The translations under genes were made by a program, and so were the position numbers. From positions 871 to 64,870 of the forward strand of contig CANMWQ010000008.1 of the NCBI GenBank assembly GCA_947501685.1: a DNA stretch of 64,000 nt. The letters run 5' to 3'. The notes below the pieces were generated by a model. That model saw only the letters and a program-made list of their open reading frames with translations. It was not told the DNA's origin and searched no databases. Positions 1-6,687 of the stretch are shown here, piece by piece; the stretch's first letter is position 1, and each line of letters begins with the position of its first letter. The DNA comes from an uncultured Litoreibacter sp. GTDB taxonomy: Bacteria > Pseudomonadota > Alphaproteobacteria > Rhodobacterales > Rhodobacteraceae.

Positions 1-179
1 CCAAAGTCCGCGCGCAATGGCGCGCCCCTCTTGTTTCGCTGTCCCTTAACCGTCACCCGAACGATCCAGCGACGCATACCAGAGGGATCCACCACCAGAG
101 AAAGCCCGCCGCCATCGCCGGGGAAACCGGGGCCGAGAGGCTCAACCAGCTTCTTTGTTAGCTTGCCAGCGATTGCCAA
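1..179 (-). CDS. P4-like tyrosine integrase, N-terminal arm-binding domain (partial, runs off left edge)
   Basis: Manual minus-strand translation from TTG at 179: (M)AIAGKLTKKLVEPLGPGFPGDGGGLSLVVDPSGMRRWIVRVTVKGQRNKRGAPLRADF; the GDGxGLxLxV..G.RRW pattern is typical of Arm-DNA-bind/DUF4102 domains; lies just beyond the tRNA 3' end. Confidence 0.75.
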   Translation of the reverse strand, partial: MAIAGKLTKKLVEPLGPGFPGDGGGLSLVVDPSGMRRWIVRVTVKGQRNKRGAPLRADF

Positions 180-330
180 TTCAAAAATACCACAACCCGT
201 ACCACTCAAGGAGCGAGTATAGAAGAAACCGCAAGAAACTCAATAGAAGCTAGAAAGACGTTCTATGTCAGATAATTAAGGGAAAACCATCCCCCAACGC
301 GTGTACATCGCACTGATTAAAATGGTAAGG

Positions 331-420
331 TGGCGGAGACGAAGGGATTCGAACCCTCGAGACCCTTCCGGGCCTACTCCCTTAGCAGGGGAGCGCCTTC
401 GACCACTCGGCCACGTCTCC
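331..420 (-). tRNA. tRNA-Ser(GCT)
   Basis: Reverse complement GGAGACGTGGCCGAGTGGTCGAAGGCGCTCCCCTGCTAAGGGAGTAGGCCCGGAAGGGTCTCGAGGGTTCGAATCCCTTCGTCTCCGCCA: 90 nt, long variable arm, GCT anticodon, T-loop GTTCGAATC, CCA end. Confidence 0.97.
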
Positions 421-427
421 GTTGATC

Positions 428-456
428 GGTTTAGCGGGGGGGGTGCGGGGGGGCAA
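428..456 (-). promoter_or_regulatory. Putative sigma70 promoter of tRNA-Ser
   Basis: TTGCCC-17 bp-TAAACC on the minus strand immediately upstream of the tRNA. Confidence 0.35.
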
Positions 457-486
457 GGCAAAAACGTGGACCGGCGCAAATCGGGG

Positions 487-570
487 TTTTGGGACATTTT
501 GGGACAAACCGAATTCCGCGTTTTGTACAAAATGGGGCAAAACTTTTCGGGCCAAAACCCATTTTGTACA
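487..570. repeat. Cluster of TTTTG(GG/T)ACA motifs with a 13-bp inverted repeat
   Basis: TTTTGGGACA x2 tandem (487-506); TGTACAAAATGGG (524-536) inverted at CCCATTTTGTACA (558-570). Confidence 0.6.
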
Positions 571-655
571 TTTTCGGAGAGCTGATTTGTTAAGGGGTTG
601 GTAACCTTACGGCACCTGTCTAGGCTGTCTGCCAATTGGCGGTGGTGAGACATCT

Positions 656-2461
656 ATGATTGAGAAGATTTTACACGGTGGAAACTTCGCCGCTTGCTTT
701 GGGGCCATCGCGACCACAGCGGCTGATCTGGGGATTTGCGGGGGGACCGCGACGGGGATCAGCGCCCTGTTGTCGGCTCATGCGGTCATCAAACGCGACA
801 AAAATCTTACCCCGCTGGCACATCAAATGGGGCAGGCGTTTGAGGCTGCGGTGAAAGCGTCTCCCCTGCCTGCTGACACCAAGAAACTGATCCCACAATT
901 AATGGCGAAATTTCCAGTCTCGGAGGAGGATATCGCCAAGGGTATCCTCGAACCCGCGCAGGTGGCCGCGATCATCCGGGCGCGGATCGAAAACGCGCGC
1001 GAAAAAGGAACGGAAGATCCTGCGCTGACCGGAGCAGCTTTGGTGAAGGCCTATGAGGCGATCCTGACGCAGATGCTGACCCCGGTTCTGGCAGCACCTG
1101 TCGGAATGGAGCCGATGCAATGGGCAATCAACCGTCAGATGCTGGCGCAGTCAGCGATCACCGGCGCAACGAAACGGCTGTTCGAAGAAGGGGTCACCGA
1201 GAAGGCTATCATCGGGCTGGCGCAAAAGATTGCTGCCGAAACCAACGACATTGGCCAAGCTTGGACCGAGCTGCAAAACGCCATGGAGATGGCGGTGCGG
1301 GTACAGGCGGATGGGCGGGTAGCATCGAACCATGGGGATTTTGTGGATGTGGTTCTGCACCGCGTCGCAGCACTATCGGCAGATGGTGAATATAAGTCTG
1401 CCGGGGACGAAATTGATGCCGCCTTGGCACGTGAAGAGGAGGAAGCGCAGGCGCGGAGAGTGAAGCTGCTGGAGCGCGGGGTGGAGGTGGCTCTGCTGGA
1501 TCGGGATACGAAGCGGGCAGCGGAGCTGATGGTGCGGAAGGCGGATCTGGGGGCTGGTGGGGTGGCGGGTTTTGGAGATTTGCGGACACTTCAGGATTTC
1601 TATTTCGAACGAGGCCGCGACAAAGGGATCAACCTTGATCTGGAATTGGCCATTGATTTGGCAGAACTGATCAAAGCACGGGCAGACAGCACGGATGAGC
1701 TTGGCACTGCTTCGAATGATCTCGGCCTTGCACTCGGAATTCTTGGAGAGCGAGAAAGTGGCACGGTACGGTTGAAGGCGGCGGTCAAAGCTTATGAGGC
1801 CGCCATGGAAGAGTGGGCCAAAGACACGTTACCGTTTGAGTGGGCTATGACGCAGAACAATCTCGGCCTCGCACTCCAATCCCTCGGGGAGCGGGAGAGT
1901 GGTACGGCGCGGTTGGAGGAGGCGGTTGAAGCATACGGGGCCGCGCTAGAGGAGTGGACGAGAGACAAGGTGCCGCTTGAATGGGCGGCTACTCAGAACA
2001 ATCTTGGCAATGCACTCTATGCCCTTGGGGAGCGGGAGAGTGGCACGGCACGGTTGGAGGAAGCGGTTGAAGCCTTTGAGGCTGCGCTGGAGGAGTGGAC
2101 AAGAGACGAGGCACCGCTCCAATGGGCCACGACGCAGAACAATCTTGGCAATGCGCTCGCCGCCCTCGGGCAGCGAGAAAGCGGGACCGCGCGGCTGGAG
2201 GCGGCGGCGGAGGCTTATCGGGCTGCGCGGGAGGAGCAGACCAGAAAGAGGGTGCCGCTTGACTGGGCGAAAACGCAAAATAATCTTGCTTCATTGGAGA
2301 TCGCGTTTTTTGACAAGACGGGAGCCGCTGATCATCTGAACCGCGCCGAAGCACATGTGAACGCGGCGCGGGAGGTGTTTTTGGACAATGGGGCGGAGCA
2401 TCATGTCGGGATAACGGATGAAGTCATCGCCGCGATACAAGAGCGGCGGAGTGGGGCGTGA
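656..2461 (+). CDS. Tetratricopeptide-repeat protein with uncharacterised helical N-terminal domain
   Basis: 601-aa ORF; C-terminal repeats NNLG.AL..LGERESGTARLEEAVEAY.AALEEWTR..VPL.WA.TQ. Confidence 0.85.
   Translation: MIEKILHGGNFAACFGAIATTAADLGICGGTATGISALLSAHAVIKRDKNLTPLAHQMGQAFEAAVKASPLPADTKKLIPQLMAKFPVSEEDIAKGILEPAQVAAIIRARIENAREKGTEDPALTGAALVKAYEAILTQMLTPVLAAPVGMEPMQWAINRQMLAQSAITGATKRLFEEGVTEKAIIGLAQKIAAETNDIGQAWTELQNAMEMAVRVQADGRVASNHGDFVDVVLHRVAALSADGEYKSAGDEIDAALAREEEEAQARRVKLLERGVEVALLDRDTKRAAELMVRKADLGAGGVAGFGDLRTLQDFYFERGRDKGINLDLELAIDLAELIKARADSTDELGTASNDLGLALGILGERESGTVRLKAAVKAYEAAMEEWAKDTLPFEWAMTQNNLGLALQSLGERESGTARLEEAVEAYGAALEEWTRDKVPLEWAATQNNLGNALYALGERESGTARLEEAVEAFEAALEEWTRDEAPLQWATTQNNLGNALAALGQRESGTARLEAAAEAYRAAREEQTRKRVPLDWAKTQNNLASLEIAFFDKTGAADHLNRAEAHVNAAREVFLDNGAEHHVGITDEVIAAIQERRSGA
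1715..2290 (+). repeat. 141-bp (47-aa) intragenic tandem repeat, 4 units plus start of a fifth
   Basis: Unit starts at 1715, 1856, 1997, 2138, 2279 (exact 141-bp period). Confidence 0.9.
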
Positions 2462-2475
2462 TGGGGGTACGGCTT

Positions 2476-2498
2476 GGTGGGGTGGAACCCCACCCTAC
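2476..2498 (-). repeat. GTAG-family REP palindrome
   Basis: Minus strand GTAG-GGTGGGGTTCCACCCCACC: GTAG tetranucleotide followed by a short hairpin. Confidence 0.65.
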
Positions 2499-2502
2499 GG
2501 GG

Positions 2503-2763
2503 GAGCTCCCAGAGTTTCGGGGGTGTGGCTGTACATTTGCTGCGCAAACGTACTTTGCCACTGACCTAAAAAGTCGGTGCTTTTGCGACGGGCGCCAAGA
2601 TTTTCGAGGGTGTGGCTGAGCATTGCTGCGCTGCTTGGGAGGCGCCTAGATTTTGTCGGTGTGACCGGGCATTGCTGCGCAACGCCCTTGGTCACCCGGC
2701 GCAAAACTCGGTGCTTTTGCGCCGTCCTTGCCACTCTAGCCAAAAAGTCTTCGTTTTTTGGCT
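2503..2763. repeat. Array of degenerate two-hairpin units between TPR gene and ychF
   Basis: Units begin AGA(G/T)TTT at 2511, 2598, 2648; shared TTGCTGCGC loop region and AAAA.TCGGTGCTTTTGCG hairpin; partial fourth unit 2728-2763. Confidence 0.75.
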
Positions 2764-3859
2764 AGGTGTTAAACAGAAAGTGCAGCACGTCGCCGTCTTT
2801 GACGGTGTAGGCCTTGCCCTCGGCGCGCATTTTTCCGGCTTCTTTGGCGGGTTGCTCGCCGCCTAGTTCCACGAAATCATCATAGGCGATGGTCTCGGCC
2901 CTGATAAAACCTTTCTCGAAATCGCCGTGGATGACGCCGGCGGCTTTGGGGGCTGAGGTACCCGTGGGAACCGTCCAGGCGCGGGCCTCTTTGGGGCCGA
3001 CGGTGAAATAGGTCTCCAGATGCAGCAGCTCGTAGCCCGCGCGGATCAGGCGGTCGAGGCCTGCTTCCTCCAGGCCCATTTCCTCGAGAAACATTTGCGC
3101 CTCGTCGGGGTCAAGCTGGGAGATTTCCTCCTCGATCTGGGCGGAGATCACGACGGTGCCTGCGCCTTGATCGGCGGCCATTTTCTCGACCTTGGCGGAG
3201 AATTCATTGCCCGTCGCGGCACTGCCCTCGTCGACATTGCAGACATAGAGGATGGGCTTGGTGGTGAGCAGTTGCAGGCCCTTCCAGGCCTTGGCGTCCT
3301 CGGCGTCGACCTCAACGGTGCGGGCGGGTTTGCCGTTTTCGAGCGCTTCGCGGGCGGCGTTGAGAAGGCGTTCCTGCTGGACGGCCTCCTTGTCGCCGCC
3401 GCGGACCTTGCGCACGATATTGACGAGGCGCTTTTCGATGGATTCGAGATCGGCGAGCATGAGTTCGGTTTCAATCGTCTCGGCGTCCGCGACGGGGTCG
3501 ACGCGGCCGTCAACATGGGTGATGTCGCCGTCTTCAAAGCAGCGCAGCACATGGGCGATGGCGTCGGTCTCCCGGATATTGGCGAGGAACTGATTGCCGA
3601 GCCCTTCGCCCTTGGAGGCGCCTTTGACGAGGCCCGCGATGTCCACGAAGGTCATGCGCGCGGGGATGATCTGCTTGGAGGCGGCGATCTTGGCGAGCGT
3701 GTCGAGCCGGGCGTCGGGGACGGCGACCTCGCCGACATTGGGCTCGATGGTGCAGAAGGGGAAGTTGGCGGCCTGTGCGGCGGCGGTTTTGGTCAGCGCG
3801 TTGAAGAGCGTGGATTTGCCCACGTTCGGCATGCCGACGATGCCCATTTTGAAACCCAT
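2762..3859 (-). CDS. ychF: Redox-regulated ATPase YchF (Obg family)
   Basis: [54 protein letters not shown]-terminal TGS-like domain. Confidence 0.97.
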   Translation of the reverse strand: MGFKMGIVGMPNVGKSTLFNALTKTAAAQAANFPFCTIEPNVGEVAVPDARLDTLAKIAASKQIIPARMTFVDIAGLVKGASKGEGLGNQFLANIRETDAIAHVLRCFEDGDITHVDGRVDPVADAETIETELMLADLESIEKRLVNIVRKVRGGDKEAVQQERLLNAAREALENGKPARTVEVDAEDAKAWKGLQLLTTKPILYVCNVDEGSAATGNEFSAKVEKMAADQGAGTVVISAQIEEEISQLDPDEAQMFLEEMGLEEAGLDRLIRAGYELLHLETYFTVGPKEARAWTVPTGTSAPKAAGVIHGDFEKGFIRAETIAYDDFVELGGEQPAKEAGKMRAEGKAYTVKDGDVLHFLFNT

Positions 3860-3921
3860 GATCCGCTCCTTCGCGTTGTTGCGGGGTTCCTACGGGCAAG
3901 GGGGTCGGGGCGCAAGCCTGC

Positions 3922-4113
3922 TCAGCGCGCGCGGCGGTCTTCGCGGGCCTGAAAGATCAAGATCCAGGCCAGCGCGATGAACATCGGATGCGTCAGCCCG
4001 CCAGAGAAGATCAGCGCGGGGATCCAGATCAGCAGGACGATGATGGCGAGAAACACCCGGCCAAGCAGCAGGATGGAGAGCGGGGGCAGGAAAAGCGCGA
4101 GGACATAGTTCAT
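3922..4113 (-). CDS. Small membrane protein, YqaE/Pmp3-like
   Basis: 63 aa [32 protein letters not shown]...; hydrophobic with LPPL motif; start taken at ATG 4113. Confidence 0.65.
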   Translation of the reverse strand: MNYVLALFLPPLSILLLGRVFLAIIVLLIWIPALIFSGGLTHPMFIALAWILIFQAREDRRAR

Positions 4114-4195
4114 GAGGGATATATAGGGACGATTGCGTGATTGAACATCCCCGCGCCTTGCGGCAAGACTGCGCGGAAGATTTCTGGAGACCGCC

Positions 4196-4987
4196 ATGAC
4201 CCGCATAGACGACACGTTTGCCCGCCTGAAAGCCGAGGGCAAGAAGGCCTTTGTGACCTATGTGATGGCCTCTGACCCCGATTACGACACCTCGCTGGAG
4301 ATCGTCAAAGGGCTGCCCGGCGCGGGCGTGGATATCATCGAGCTGGGGCTGCCCTTTACCGACCCGATGGCGGATGGCGCGACCATTCAGCTGGCCGGGC
4401 AACGCGCGCTGGCACAGGGCATGACGCTGAAAAAGACCTTGCAGATGGTGCGGGAGTTTCGGGCGGGCGACGACACGACGCCGATTGTGATCATGGGCTA
4501 TTACAACCCGATCTACAGCCACGGCGTTGACGCGTTTCTGGCCGACGCCAAGGAGGCGGGCGTGGACGGGTTGATCATCGTCGACCTGCCGCCTGAGGAA
4601 GACAACGAGCTGTGCATCCCGGCCCAAGCCGCAGGGTTGAACTTCATCCGGCTGGCCACCCCCACAACGGATGCCAAGCGGCTGCCCAAGGTGCTGCAAA
4701 ACACCTCCGGTTTTGTCTATTACGTCTCGATCACCGGGATCACCGGCGCGGCGGAGGCCAATGCGGCGGATGTGGCCCCCGAGGTCGCGCGCATGAAGGA
4801 GAGCACCGACCTGCCCATTATCGTGGGCTTCGGGGTGAAAACGCCAGACAGCGCTGAGGCCATTGCTGGCGTGGCGGATGGCACCGTGGTGGGCTCCGCC
4901 ATCGTGCAGAAAATCGCAGACGGGGAGAGCCCGGCGGATGTGCTGGCCTTCGTTAAATCCCTAGCCGAAGGGGCGCACCGGGCCTGA
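4196..4987 (+). CDS. trpA: Tryptophan synthase alpha chain
   Basis: [44 protein letters not shown] motifs. Confidence 0.97.
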   Translation: MTRIDDTFARLKAEGKKAFVTYVMASDPDYDTSLEIVKGLPGAGVDIIELGLPFTDPMADGATIQLAGQRALAQGMTLKKTLQMVREFRAGDDTTPIVIMGYYNPIYSHGVDAFLADAKEAGVDGLIIVDLPPEEDNELCIPAQAAGLNFIRLATPTTDAKRLPKVLQNTSGFVYYVSITGITGAAEANAADVAPEVARMKESTDLPIIVGFGVKTPDSAEAIAGVADGTVVGSAIVQKIADGESPADVLAFVKSLAEGAHRA

Positions 4988-5092
4988 GGCGGCTGGCGGC
5001 TGGTTGAGTGTGTCTGGAAGGGGGAGAAGGTCTGGTTTGAGGCTAAACTAACTGTTTCTGCGAGGTGCGTGAACGACAGCTCTCGGACTAAC

Positions 5093-5734
5093 TTAAATTG
5101 CCCAGTCCACTTTTAGTCCAACTGTTTTATCAGGGCGCAGCAAGGTCAGCTTAAGTGCAGGGTCGCCAGATCGGACACTGATGAGCTCGAAAGGTGCCAA
5201 AAGTTCCTGAACGGAGTCCGCATTTGGAACCACCAATTCACAGCAGCCCAAAGTTGCGAGCTCGGGGGTTTGCCGTTCCCCTACCAAGCCGTCGGCACGC
5301 TTGATTGGCGGTGTACCCCCAGGGGTGCGAAACACAAAGGGAAGCCGAGGATCAAGGCTCGCTGTTGCGACGGGGATACTGACCCCTTCGGGCATGAAAG
5401 GGGCAAAATAGGGAGTCGTACCGCCGTTTTGGTTTTCAAACGGTGACAATCCACGCCATGAAATTCCGATCGGTGAACCTTTGCCGCGGGCTCTTGATGA
5501 TAGAGTGATAGCCTCTGTCGCATCGCTAATTTCGCTGCCATCAAGCCATAACAGCTCAATAAATACATCATCCAGACAGGCACACACGTTCGTTGTCCCT
5601 TGTCCCGGGTGGACCCGTCGGTAGTTCACCCTGAGGCCGGCATCCTCCATCATCGTTGTAGCCGTCTTTTCGTCAGGTACTACCAAAAAGAGATGATCGA
5701 GTTCGGCAGTTCCAGAACGAAGAGATGATGACAT
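5093..5734 (-). CDS. VOC/glyoxalase-like domain protein (lower GC)
   Basis: ELDHLF...HPGQGTTN....LDDVFIELLW pattern; start moved to ATG 5734. Confidence 0.7.
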   Translation of the reverse strand: MSSSLRSGTAELDHLFLVVPDEKTATTMMEDAGLRVNYRRVHPGQGTTNVCACLDDVFIELLWLDGSEISDATEAITLSSRARGKGSPIGISWRGLSPFENQNGGTTPYFAPFMPEGVSIPVATASLDPRLPFVFRTPGGTPPIKRADGLVGERQTPELATLGCCELVVPNADSVQELLAPFELISVRSGDPALKLTLLRPDKTVGLKVDWAI

Positions 5735-5834
5735 AACAAGTGTTTCCAGTCCCAGATGCAAAATTTCGCTTTAACCTAGCGGACGTTGCGGCTCTTTCAA
5801 CAGACGGCAGGTTTGTCCCGCAAACCAGACCTCC

Positions 5835-6083
5835 TCAGCCGGGCGGGGGCAAGACCGTGGGGTGGCGCTGCGACGCTCTTTCGAAAGTGCTTTATCGTAG
5901 CCAAGTACATCTTCCGAATATGCGGCGCACAAAGGTTGCAAAGCGCCAGCCCGCCGGAACGGCCCCTCTCGGCGATTGCGAAGGTGCAATCGCCTGTCGG
6001 TCGAGGCTTGCGCTCGCCCGGCGCCTTCGGCTTGAGGCCGGGCGGGTCAGCGCTTCGCGAGACGGTCCGCTAAATCTCTCTAC
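5835..6083. repeat. Hairpin-rich MITE/REP-mosaic-like element, copy 1
   Basis: Shares CAGCCGGGC..GACCGTGGG.TGG, CCAGCCCGCCGGA and GCCCGGCGCCTTCGGCTTGA..CCGGGC in the same order with 13717-13879; flanked by direct repeat CCAGACCTCC (5825-5834, 6084-6093). Confidence 0.6.
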
Positions 6084-6098
6084 CCAGACCTCCAATAG

Positions 6099-6128
6099 AA
6101 AAAGGCCGCATCCCGGAGGATGCGGCCC
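6099..6128 (-). terminator. Rho-independent terminator of flp
   Basis: GGCCGCATCC-TCC-GGGATGCGGCC followed by TTTTT on minus strand. Confidence 0.75.
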
Positions 6129-6160
6129 AAGAGCGTGAAGGCCTCGTTGCAGGCTGACAC

Positions 6161-6349
6161 TTAGAATGTGGTGGAGATGCCTTGGTCGGTCAGCTCGGTC
6201 TCGATATCGCCGGACAGGTCTTCCAGACCGTTCGAGATCGACGCCATAACGGCGATACCAACACCAACGATGGCGGCGGTCAGGACGACCCAGTCAACGG
6301 TCACTGCGCCGGATTCATCTGCTGCGAATTGTGCGAAAATTTTAGTCAT
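6161..6349 (-). CDS. flp: Flp family type IVb pilin
   Basis: 62 aa MTKIFAQFAADESG/AVTVDWVVLTAAIVGVGIAV...; prepilin cleavage Gly and hydrophobic helix. Confidence 0.85.
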   Translation of the reverse strand: MTKIFAQFAADESGAVTVDWVVLTAAIVGVGIAVMASISNGLEDLSGDIETELTDQGISTTF

Positions 6350-6635
6350 ACTATATCCCTTCAAGGACTTACTGGTTACTGTTACACTTCTGCCAGGATG
6401 CGGATGAAAACACTGTTCCGCGTCGTGTTTGGCGATGAAGACTGGATCGCTCTGAAATGGGGCGAAAATGGGGCAGCATCGCAATTTCGCTGCAATTATA
6501 CGGGTATGAAGGCGAAACTCTGTGTTTCTCGGACTGAAACGATACCCACTATAGCCTTATAAATAAGGGCTTTACAGACATTCCGCGAATGCTCCGCGCC
6601 GCGCTGCGTCTTCATGGCAAGAAGAAGGCCAATGC

Positions 6636-6667
6636 AAAAAAGGCGGCCCCCGGAGGTGCCGCCTTTT
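6636..6667 (-). terminator. Rho-independent terminator of TRAP operon
   Basis: AAAAGGCGGC-ACCTCCGGGG-GCCGCCTTTTTT on minus strand. Confidence 0.75.
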
Positions 6668-6687
6668 GTTTTTTCGCTGTGTGTGGG

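Noticed and set aside
1715-2290. DGR-like template/variable repeat in the TPR gene
   Set aside because: Differences are not adenine-specific and there is no reverse transcriptase in the window.
2572-2584. AGTCGGTGCTTTT is identical to the 3' end of the SpCas9 tracrRNA/sgRNA scaffold
   Set aside because: The pairing partner GCACCG upstream is missing, there is no anti-repeat, cas gene or array; here it is the loop of a different hairpin, so the match is treated as coincidence.
2503-2763. Possible CRISPR array
   Set aside because: Units are degenerate, unequal (87 and 50 bp periods), lack unique spacers between identical repeats, and no cas genes are present.
2495-2866. Short ORFs (82, 62, 84 aa) over the repeat array
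   Set aside because: Repeat similarity does not stay in frame and no RBS or family motif is seen; they are by-products of the DNA repeats.
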